A DNA stretch of 64,000 bases. It comes from Macrostomum lignano (taxonomy: Eukaryota). Position 1 is the stretch's first letter; each line of letters opens with the position of its first letter. This document shows positions 32,364 to 43,086 of the stretch, piece after piece. The translations under genes were made by a program, and so were the position numbers. The notes under the pieces are model-generated. The model saw only the letters and a list, made by a program, of their open reading frames with translations. It ran no database searches and was not told the origin of the DNA. Where the stretch lies: assembly GCA_002269645.1 (NCBI GenBank), contig NIVC01000337.1, forward strand, positions 620,001 through 684,000, read 5' to 3'.

Positions 32364-33662
32364 CTGCTGAGTCCACTAATGAAGCCGAAGACGTCCAACT
32401 GGCGGCGGCCAGGCGGCTCCAGCCAGCGATGAGTTGGCGGCAATCAGATCTTGTGGAGCCTGAAGAGCCACTGCGCCGCTCTGCTAGGGCCATCAAGGGC
32501 AAGCAGATACATGTATGACGTGTGAATGATACGAACGGTGACTTTTGTTTGTTTTCAAGGACTAAGCTTTTACATGTACATGAATTTTCAATGCAAAGCT
32601 TATATAGGGTTAATCGGCTGACTTTGTTGCTTAGAAAAATATAAAAAAATTTATTTATTTCGTGTTTAAATCGAATTTCGTTGTTCATTTTTTATATAAT
32701 TGTCTCAAAAATATTGAAAAATATTTTTTGTATTTTTTAAAGAAATACTTTTGAGCAGGGACAACTAAAACACTTTAAAACATAACTAAAGTGTTTTAGT
32801 TGTCCCTGCTTTTGAGTTTTCGCAAATGCCTAATGTACAATGTTTCGAAAGCGATAATTCATTCGAGCAAATGATTTTAATTCCCCTCTTGATTTTTCTT
32901 TCTTTGCTAATAGAGATCGAGATTTCAGTGATAGACTTGCAAATGTATTTTGTTGTGTGCTCACCGTACCTGCCGCCCTAACCCACCGGCCGTCCCCAAT
33001 CATTTACGTTGCTATCGATTGGTCAGTCCCTCGCCCCTCGCTTGACTGGTGTATAGATATAAATCACTTTATGCGCTGCATGGATGGCCTCCCACTCCTG
33101 TAAGATGGTCATCCGCCCATGCAGAGATTGGGTTAATCCGCCACCAATAACCCATGCAAACTGTCTGTCTATCAGTCAGTCTGTTTTAGTTTCTTTCTGT
33201 CTGTCTTTGTGTCTGCCTGTCTGTGATATAAAGATTGTCTAAGGAAGCAAAGTTTTTATCGACTCTTTTGTACAAAAAGGATCAACTTTTGATAAAAGAC
33301 AAAAATTCCGATGTTTTTGTACGTATCAGTGGTAACGTTTCAACAAAGAAACAAAGAATACACGTAAGATGCAACACAAGCATTTACACTAAAATAAAAA
33401 AATTCAAACAAAAGAGACATTCAAGAATAAGTACTGAGGAAAATTATATTCGATAGAATCGAAAACCGAAAATTCGCTAAATTGAATTTTTTAATATAGA
33501 CTTATTTAGACTCAAGGCTTCCATCCACGCCTGTCCTGTGGTTTGTCGTCGAACAAATTACAACGCGAAATGTTTTAAAATATTGTAAAGTGAATCCTAA
33601 TTTACAATCGTATAATTTCTGATTTTCCTGTTTATAAAATAGGTTTCCCTAGAGTTGAGATA

Positions 33663-35906
33663 ATGCGGATTTATCTAAGGCTGCCATTGGCTTCTATTTT
33701 AGCACTGCTGAATTTGTTTTGTTATTCAAATGTTGAATCAATAGCGGGCGTAAACAAGTATCTCTTTGCAAGTGCTACCTTCCCTACTCTTATTGTGGCC
33801 GTGGGCGAGGCGCCATTTAATAATGGATTTTTTAATTGGCTTTTTGATATAATTTTCCCTGAGAGATGCTCAGGATCTTGGATAGATTTCAGTGCAGAAG
33901 GTAAGTATGTAAATGTTAAAGCTCTCCACATCTGCTCTCTTTTTAAAAAAGCCATGTACTTTAAAAATTAATTTCTAGGACCTCTTCTTAAGGTCATTTG
34001 AACATTTGAAGATTTGCACAAGCTAGTCTAATAATATCCACTTCAAAATGGAGTTAACAAATATTCAATAAACTGATTGAATTTATAGTTTATCAATGAA
34101 CAATTATGTAATAAATTAAATGAGTCAGAGTCATAAGCCTAGTTTGTAATACCCATTTATATAGAGAAAGCCAAAGTCAATAAAATAGAACTAATAATAA
34201 TCATAATATAGAAATATAATAATAATAATCAATTATGCCTGCCCTAATAGCTAGATGTGCAACTGATAGCTCAGCCACAACTGATATACTAATAAGGTAT
34301 TATGTATTATAAATTTTATTAAAATGAAACTGTCTTATATAAAAAACCAAACAGTCAAAAAAGCCTTATAGATATAGGCATATCACATTTTTGAGGAAAA
34401 AACTTACTGTATTGCATTAGCTAGGTAAATTTAGATTGTGCATATATAATATGTATATGTTCATAAGTGTAAATTATTGGCCTAAGCTATTTTAATTTAG
34501 CTTGTAATAATATCTTCCCCAAATATAGGTCTTGATTTAAAAAAATTAGGCTGTAAACTATTTTAAACTAGAAAAGAAAATGGGAATCAATGAAATTATA
34601 GAAATAGATAAGATTTTTATACATAATAAATGTCATTTTTAGAAACTAAGATATCTTATTTAAAACAAGTAACCAATATTTTCAATTATCAATCAGGCTT
34701 CAACAATGCCCTAAAGGAACGAGTCTATGGCCAGCCACTGATTGGTCTGTCAAATGCAGTTCAACAGCATTGGAGCAACAATCAACCTGCCAAAGCTTTG
34801 CTGCTATCCATGCATGGCCCACCTGGCACAGGGAAAAACTATGTGTCTGGCATTCTTATTAGGCATCTATTTATAAAAGATTCAAAAAGCAAGTTTTATC
34901 ATCTGTTCTCGGGCACTGTGCACTTTCCGCATAAAAACCAAGTGCAAACTTATAAGGTTGGTTAGTCAGTAAATTACTAATCATATTTTTTTATTTCATA
35001 AACAAAGTTTTTGCTTTCACCAAGGCTTTATTATCGGCAAATTAATAATGCAAAATAGGACCAGATCCAAGCCTGGGTTCGTGGCAACGTATCGATCTGC
35101 CCAAAATCTGTGTTCGTGTTCGATGAAGTTGACAAAATGCCCGCCACACTGCTCGACGCGCTTAAGCCATTTGTTGACTCTTACCAGCATATTGACCGAG
35201 TGGATTATCGCAGAGCGATATTCATCTTTCTAAGGTGGGACTTCAGTTTCAAATATAAATTTGCTTTAATTTCTCGTGCAATTTAATTCCTAATAAATTT
35301 AGCCTATGAATAATTTCAGCAACAGTGGAAGTGATATGATTTCTCGGTACATGCTTGCCCAGAAAAAGCTGGGCAAAGATCGCTCGGAAGTTTACAGCAA
35401 ACTTGACGACAAACTGCCATTGTATCTTTATGACGAAAGCAATGGTGCGTTCTGTTTTTCATCTACTAATAATCAATCATTACCGTGAACATCATGCATA
35501 TCGGGCCACATGAGCCCCATTTTCGAAGCCCCATAACCTCAGCAACAGGGACCGAAGTGATTCAAATATAACTTTAGCTCATTGATGCACTATGATTGCT
35601 GCAGGCCCTCTCCGCAAAAGCGACCTACTTAAACATCACCTGGTGTCCCGTTTCATCCCATTCCTACCGCTGGAGCGACTCCACGTGACCGAGTGCATCA
35701 AGGACTACCTGAAACTCCACTATCCTGACTGGCTGTACGGACCGGACTTCATCGAGCGGGTGCTGAACAAACTGGTATTCGTGCCTGAGCGGGAGAAGTT
35801 CTTCTCCAGCACCGGCTGCAAGCGAGTAGCTGATAAAGTTCAACTTCAGATGAGTATCGACGAGATGTCGGACAAGGATAAAAGGAGGAGGAGAAACGAG
35901 CTTTAG
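33663..35906 (+). CDS. TOR1A-like: Torsin-family AAA+ ATPase, copy 4 (exons 33663-33900, 34697-34956, 35059-35234, 35320-35444, 35605-35906)
   Basis: Signal peptide, [27 protein letters not shown] and TGCK. Ends in RRNEL*. Intron phases conserved. Confidence 0.93.
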
Positions 35907-36527
35907 TCACTCAGTTCATCCCTGCAGGCTACAGCTGGCCAGTGTAATAGTACATGTATAATTTCCTATAGGATGGACCAATTTTTTTATAAGTTCATTA
36001 CCTTAATATGACGCACCTTGGACAAACACAGAACATTTCCAAGAAATGTTTTTTTATCAAGACCACTGTTAATCTTAGTGCGTCCTATTAGGGTAAATGT
36101 TAATTCTACAGCATTGAATTTTGTTGACTTGTCAAATCTGCTGATTCTATTTTGTTAGTGTTCCTCCTGCATTGAGTTAGTTTTGGTGAAGCTGTTGATC
36201 TTACGGCACCCGTTTTGGCTGCTGCAATTTTTTTTCACTCTATATAGCTTACTGTACCAGCTTACACTGTGGCCTTGGATTTGGTGTTTTGTAGCTTAGT
36301 TGCGCAATAGTGATAGATTTTTATTCTATTCTTTTTTATCCAGAGGCAATAAAACTGGCTTTGAATCTCTTGCTTGATATACTCGTATTTAGAGTTTTTG
36401 AATTGCATCAAACATATTTTGGCACTGTGTCTGTTTTTGGTTATTTTGATAATTAGAATCGAGAATGTCTAGTCACGGACGACTGGAGTATATTGACGTA
36501 ACTTTTAGATTAAGACTCATTAAACTC

Positions 36528-37510
36528 ATTGAGCCAGTGGAAGGACCGGTAACTAACGCTTCATTCTCCCGTGGTGCAGGGCTTAAGCATAAGCGTAGGA
36601 ACGATTAGAAATGTGGGGGCCCATGGCCCCACTGTCCTCCCTCCCGTTCCTACGCCTATGGGCTTAAGAAATCCGATAGTTCGCTCAGGATATGCGCGGA
36701 CTATTGCATGGTCAACCATGTAAATGCAAAGATAAAGTTGGAGTCGTACCCCATTCCATCTACTGAGCATCTGTTTGCCAAGCTTATAAGAACGCTAAGA
36801 AGTTTGAAAAAAAGTAGACCTAAAGATTGGCTTACTTGAAAATTGCTTTTGAGGAGGACGCACAGGAGATTTCAAACATCAACACCACGCGGATTCAACC
36901 GAGTTTAGCAACTGCAGATAGATGGGCATGAAAAATGGTTTATTTATATTCCAAGGGCGATGGAGAGCATCCTGGCCAATCTAAAAGGAAAATTTATTTA
37001 TCAGGATGATGTTCTTTTTGCTGAGAATGCCGACTCGCTTTGTAAGCGACTGACCTCGGTGTTGAGACGAGACTGCATGGCAGAGAAGAAAGTCAGCGGC
37101 AATTAAAACAGTGCATTCGACAAGATTACGAGTGCTTTCCAATTGGCTTCAAAATTTCGGCGGCTGGGATCTGGCCCGATGACAAGCTGATGGAAAAGAT
37201 CCGTCATATATCCACCCCCTTCCGAGTTCGAAAAGCGAGGTCGAGAAGTTTTTGGGGCTGTTCAATTTTTGGACGCTTCGTTCCTGAATTTTCATCCAAA
37301 GGTGCGCCATATTAAACCGTCTAGGCAAGCCACCCCCTTAATCTGGTCGGAGGACTGTACTCAATCTTTAAAAAGTAAATCTCCATGAGACCTGTAGTGC
37401 AACCTTACTCACAAGAGGAGGTCACGTTGACAACGGACACATCAAGGGGCACAGCTGGCTTGTGTCCTGACACAAGAAGGCCATCCGGTAATCTTCATTT
37501 CCAGAACGCG
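36528..37510 (+). mobile_element. Degraded Ty3/Gypsy RT-RNase H fragment
   Basis: IEPV...KKSDSSLRICADY, YPIPSTEHLFAKL, MESILANLKGKFIYQDDVLF (YxDD), and RNase H-like VQPYSQEEVTLTTD...LTQEGHPVIFISRT. Many frameshifts and stops. Confidence 0.85.
36588..36660. mobile_element. 73-bp hAT-like micro-MITE inserted in the Gypsy RT relic
   Basis: 16-bp terminal inverted repeats CATAAGCGTAGGAACG / CGTTCCTACGCCTATG (1 mismatch). Perfect 8-bp target duplication GGCTTAAG at 36580-36587 and 36661-36668. Removing the insert restores GLKKSDSSLRICADY. Confidence 0.85.
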
Positions 37511-37923
37511 CTTTCGCATTATTTGATTTTAATTTCATTATTTGACAAGTATTTTTAAGCAATTACACGTAAGCGTGGACTCGTGGACACTTGGCGATAT
37601 TTAGTTAAGTTGAAGAAGTTAAATATTGACGTAATAATAATTAGTTTTAATTGATTGTACATTTTTAAAGAGCTGGCATATTCTTGACATACATGTACGG
37701 TACGCTTGACTGGCTTATGCTTTTGTGATTCGTTAAAAATATAAAAGATAAAAAGTACGCTTAACCCGCTGCGATTGCGTACTAACCGCAGCCAACCCTG
37801 CTTAACTTGCAAGACTGCGCTCCCCACTAGACTAGCAGCACTATGGATAGATAAAATTATTGCTATCTCGTAGTATCCTTTATTTATGTTACTTGAGTAC
37901 TCTAATTGAGTTGTCCTCCTTGC

Positions 37924-40785
37924 TCAATCGGTGCTCAGCATCATTCGAATCTCTAGCAGCGACATCCAGTTCTTCACGTGCAGGCAGGCCATGAACTCCT
38001 CCTCGCCGGTCCTGTTGGTGGCCGAATACGGGCCGTTCGGGTTGCAGCTGAGGCACTGCTGGAACCAGAAGCCGCCGCCGCCCCACAGTTGGGAGCACCT
38101 GCCATCGGAAATGTCATTGTCCCTGTCCAGAGTTGAGAACTGCATGCCATTGTGGTTCGTCAGGGTGTCGCCGCTGATGTTGGACTTGTCGGGCAGGTAG
38201 GCCGAGTAGTTCATGCGGTAGTTGGTGCTGGCGTCCTCCACAGAGAAGCCCGACCACTCGGCCACCAGGAAGGTCCGGTCGAATGTTGTCATCTCCATGC
38301 GAAGGCAGCGACTGCCGTACGGCTGAGTGCGAGTGGAGATCGACAGCAGACCTGCACGTTGAGCGGTGGTGAGAAGTGTACATTGATGAGTGGTGAGGAG
38401 TGTACATTGATGAGTGGTGAGGAGTGTACATTGATGGGGTGGTGAGGAGTGTACATTGATGAGTGGTGAGGAGTGTACATTGATGAGTGGTGAGGAGTGT
38501 ACATTGATGAGTGGTGAGGAGTGTACATTGATGAGTGGTGAGGAGTGTACATTGATGAGTGGTGAGGAGTGTACATTGATGGGGTGGTGAGGAGTGTACA
38601 TTGATGAGTGGTGAGGAGTGTACATTGATGAGTGGTGAGGAGTGGACATTTGATAAATGGTGAGGAGTGTACATTGATGAGTGGTGAGGAGTGTACATTG
38701 ATGAGTGGTGAGGAGTATACATTGATGAGTGGTGAGGAGTGTACATTGATGAGTGGTGAGGAGTATACATTGATGAGTGGTGAGGAGTGTACATTGATGA
38801 GTGGTGAGGAGTGTACGTTGATGGGGTGGTGAGGAGTGTACATTGATGAGTGGTGAGGAGTGTACATTGATGAGTGGTGAGGAGTGTACATTGATGAGTG
38901 GTGAGGAGTGTACATTGATGGGTGGTGAGGAGTGGATATTTGATAAATGGTGAGGAGTGTACATTTGATAAATGGTGAGGAGTGTACATTGATGGGGGGT
39001 GAGGAGTGTACTCGTACACTAATGGAGTGGTGAGGGATAAAATTGCTGACTAACCGCTCCAAAAGTCGTCCGCAGTCCCGAAGCCTGTCTCATAGTCGGT
39101 CCAGTTTCTGGCAAAGTCGACCCGGCCGCTCCGTCTCTGCTGGAACACCCAGAAGCTCTGGCCGCTGTCGACAACAGTTTCGTAGCCGAAGGTCTCCGGA
39201 GCCGCTGGATTTTCCGATTCTGTCCAAAAAATATTTCGAATGTACATGTAGGAACTTGAAATTAATGGTATAGCGTGACTATATATGCACACGTATCTGA
39301 TATATATATCTGGAAAAGCACCCCTGATACCTGTTGCCCCTGGTGCTGGCGCCCCCTGGTGCTGGCGCCCCCTGGTGCTGGCGCCCCCTGGTACTGGCGC
39401 CCCCTGGTGCTGGCGCCCCTGGTGCTGGCGCCCCCTGGTGCTGGCGCCCCCTGGTGCTGGCGCCCCTGGTGCTGGTGCCCCCTGGTGCTGGCGCCCCCTG
39501 GTGCTGGCGCCCCCTGGTGCTGGCGCCCCTGGTGCTGGCGCCCCCTGGTGCTGGCGCCCCCTGGTGCTGGCGCCCCCTGGTGCTGGCGCCCCCTGGTGCT
39601 GGCGCCCCCTGGTGCTGGCGCCTCCTGGTGCTGGCGCCCCCTGGTGCTGACTCAGTAGCTGATCCAGAAAATTTTGAACGGGGGAGGGGGCGCAGGCTAC
39701 TAAGGTACATATATATTCATATCATGTACAAGTATATGTACATGATAATGTGTATTTTTCATATAAAAAATAAAAAAAATCAAACTCAACGGGGGGTGCG
39801 CGCCCTGTGTGCTTTTGTGTGCTGGCGCCCCCTGGTGCTGGCGCCCCCTGGTGCTGGCGCCCCCTGGTGCTGGCGCCCCTATCAGTCTGCTCACCCGACC
39901 GTCTCCGATAGACCCGCCCGTCAGCGCCCGCACACAGCGGCGCGTCCGCCAGGGAGCAGCCGGTCTCGCCGGCACCACAGCGGAGGTAGTGAGCTCGGCG
40001 AACTGCTGCCGCCGCGGCGCACCGAAGGCAGCTGCCGTTGATTGACGATGATGCAGCTGGCGGTGTGCAGCTGCCGCCTGCCGCCGGCTCTGCTGGCTGG
40101 ACTGCATCGAAGTGGACAACCGAGGTGGCCGCGGCTGAGGCTTGAGGAATTGTGGTGGCAGTCAGTTGGCGGGGCTACTATCTAATAGGTGAGGCTACTG
40201 TCTAACAGGTGAGGCTACTGTCTAACAGGTGAGGCTACTGTCTAACAGGTGAGGCTACTATCTAACAGGTTAGGCTACTGTCTAACAGGTGAGGCTACTG
40301 TCTAACAGGTGAGGGTACTGTCTAACAGATGAGGCTACTATCTAACAGGTGAGGCTACTATCTAACAGGTGAAGCTACTATCTAACAGGTGAGGCTACTA
40401 TCTAACAGGTGAGGCTACTGTCAAACAGGTGAGGCTACTGTCAAACAGGTGAGGCTACTGTCTAACAGATGAGGCTACTATCTAACAGGTGAGGCTACTG
40501 TCTAACAGGTGAGGCTACTGTCTAACAGGTGAGGCTACTGTCTAACAGGTGAGGCTACTGTCTAACAGGTGAGGCTACTGTCTAACAGGTGAGGCTACTG
40601 TCTAACAGGTGAGGCTACTGTCTAACAGGTGAGGCTACTGTCTAACAGGTGAGGCTACTGTCTAACAGGCGAGGCTACTCAGTGCTTTTGACCAAGAAGT
40701 CATTTTTGCCTTTAGTCTTACCTTGAATATTGATGCAGGCTAAAACGCATGACATCAAGAAAATATCAAACTTGAATTTTTGCAT
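37924..40785 (-). CDS. Secreted fibrinogen-related domain (FReD) protein (exons 40785-40722, about 40140-39895, 39219-39055, 38351-37924)
   Basis: Signal exon MQKFKFDIFLMSCVLACINIQ|GTAAGA, then a Cys-containing exon. FReD motifs WVFQQRRSGRVDFARNWTDYETGFG, FWSG, HNGMQFSTLDRDND, GGGFWFQQCLSCNPNG. All three introns are phase 1. Confidence 0.88.
38362..39030. repeat. 24-bp minisatellite (GTACATTGATGAGTGGTGAGGAGT) filling FReD intron 3
   Basis: About 27 copies. Confidence 0.95.
39335..39880. repeat. 16-bp minisatellite (CCCCCTGGTGCTGGCG) in two blocks (39335-39648 and 39820-39880) in FReD intron 2
   Basis: Direct inspection. The blocks flank a segment resembling a non-autonomous hAT element. Confidence 0.92.
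40180..40680. repeat. 20-bp minisatellite (GAGGCTACTGTCTAACAGGT) filling FReD intron 1
   Basis: About 25 copies. Confidence 0.95.
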
Positions 40786-41493
40786 TCTGCTCAGCTAGTG
40801 GCTATACTTGAACTTGGCAACCGTTAACACCGTCCACAGGCACAAGATGCATATTTATACACGCTCTGTGACGCAGCCTCTGGCTACAGGTATAACTTAC
40901 TCAAAGATATTCCTCATCAAAGATGGATCTGTCATTAAGGATTCAAAATGGGTGTTTTCTGCTTTTGCAGGCCCCAAAACTCTACTTTTCTTTGACAATA
41001 TTTGAGAAAGAATTATTGAGAAGTAATTTAAAATCCAGCTGTCGATTCAAACAAAAGAACTCCGCTCGAATTTTAGATCTGGGAAAGCTGGCATCTGGAT
41101 GAGGTGTTTTTGTATTCATTCAGAATTCACAACTCAAGCAGAAAGCGCAAGTCTAGTGAATTATCAAGCAGAGAGGCTGCGGGCACCCAGATGCCTCCGG
41201 CGACATAGTACTCGTATATGGAAAAAACTGCATCTTTCCAATCTCAGCAATGAAGTTTTCACGAGTTTCTTGGCTTAGCACCCTCTTTCACATCAGTTCT
41301 GAATATGAGGTTGCATTGCTTAGTTCAGAAATTCCTGTGACAGATGCTATTTTTAGAATGCCAATCACTTTTACCATAGACTTAATTGCTCAGGCCGACA
41401 AATCGTCACTCTTGCAGCTGAAATTTTTTTTAAACTTCGATTAAAAATGCTTTAATCCTTCATACTCATTGCCAAAACTGAAAAGGCGTCATC

Positions 41494-42309
41494 ATGGTTC
41501 ACTACCTGGAGAACTGGTCCATGTTTGACGAGTTCCGCAGGCGTCGAGTGTTCTTTGTCAATATCCCCACGCAGCACACATTCGAGGATTATTACTGCGC
41601 CGTGCTCAACGGCTTCTACGCCGACTGCAGCGTGGCCTACATTCGGCGGGCTCTGGTGCCACTCTGGCACAGAATCTGCCACAATGTTCGGTGAGACTGC
41701 TTCTGCTCGACTACCGCAGCACTCCCCGCAAGCCTACCCCACTCACTGTACACCCACCCCACCCTCTGCACACCCACCCCACTCACCGCACATCCACCCC
41801 ACTCCCCGCACACCCACCCCACTCCCCGCACACCCACCCCACTCACCGCACATCCACTCTACTCACTGCACACCCACCCCACTCCCCACACAACCAACCC
41901 ACTCCCCGTACAACCACCCCACTCACAGCACACCCACACAAACCCCGAACACCCCGCCGTCAGCTACAACCTGCAGCCGCCCTACAAGCTGGCCTTCGTG
42001 ATCATCCGGCCGCCCCGCTGGGAGATGCCGATGTTGGACCAGTCGGAAGCCGCGGTGTACACCGCCGCCTGGTTCAGCGGTCCGGAGGAGCGGCTCATCC
42101 GGGTCTTCCCGCCGAAGACAAAGGACGGCAAGGAGCTGCAGGACATTGGGTTGAGCTTCCCGTTCTCGCCGCAGGCGCTCCGCGGCTTCGAAAACCAGCT
42201 GTACATCGAGGCGCTACTATTCAACTTCATCCTCACCTTCATAGCCAATCAGGAGCTGGCGATCCTGTGCGGCAGGGACCAGCAGCTGGCGGCTGAGATT
42301 TGCCCGTGA
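41494..42309 (+). CDS. Two-exon orphan protein, about 180 aa (exons 41494-41690, 41964-42309)
   Basis: GC-rich codon usage. CG|GTGAGA donor and CCGTCAG|C acceptor join in phase 2 (HNVR-YNLQPPYKLAFVIIRPPRW). No recognised domain. Confidence 0.65.
41745..41960. repeat. CAC/CCCAC low-complexity repeat in the orphan-gene intron
   Basis: Direct inspection. Confidence 0.8.
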
Positions 42310-42614
42310 TGAAGCACCTTCTTCTAGAAGAAAATTGATTCTGAAATTCATTCTGCAAATACTAATTGTCGTTTAATAGAATTCTGTCAATCTATCAATT
42401 TTAAACAGGTCGAAAATTTACAAAAAATCTTTAGTTTTCAGTTCAATATATTTGGCGAGATGAACTTGGTTTTCAATCAAAACAATCAGTATCGATATTA
42501 CGAGCGAGAGGGTGCGGAATGTTAATATGAGCATGCAGTGCTCGATGGCAAACGGATAAAACAGGGAAAACGTTTACAAAAATTTTACATTTGAGTGAGA
42601 CGGAAGCTACAGGA

Positions 42615-43025
42615 GAGTGAGATGGATAGAGAAGGGTGAGATGGATAGAGAAGGGTGAGACGGATAGAGAAGGGTGAGATGGATAGAGAAGGGTGAGATG
42701 GATAGAGAAGGGTGAGATGGATAGAGAAGGGTGAGATGGATAGAGAAGGGTCAGACGGATAGAGAAGGGTGAGACGGATAGAGAAGGGTGAGACGGATAG
42801 AGAAGGGTGAGACGGATAGAGAAGGGTGAGATTGATAGAGGAGGGTGAGATGGATAGAAGGGTGAGACGGATAGAGAAGGGTGAGATTGATAGAGGAGGG
42901 TGAGATGGATAGAGAAGGGTGAGACGGATAGAGAAGGGTGAGATTGATAGAGGAGGGTGAGATAGATTAGGATGAGATGGAAGCTACAGAAGGATGAGAT
43001 GAAAACTAGAGGGGGTGAGATGGAA
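42615..43025. repeat. 19-bp purine-rich minisatellite (GAGATGGATAGAGAAGGGT)
   Basis: About 18 copies. Confidence 0.92.
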
Positions 43026-43086
43026 GCTGTATAAGGGTGAAGCAAAAGCAGATAAAAGCACGCTAGGCTGGGCAGTTCCTTTGCCC

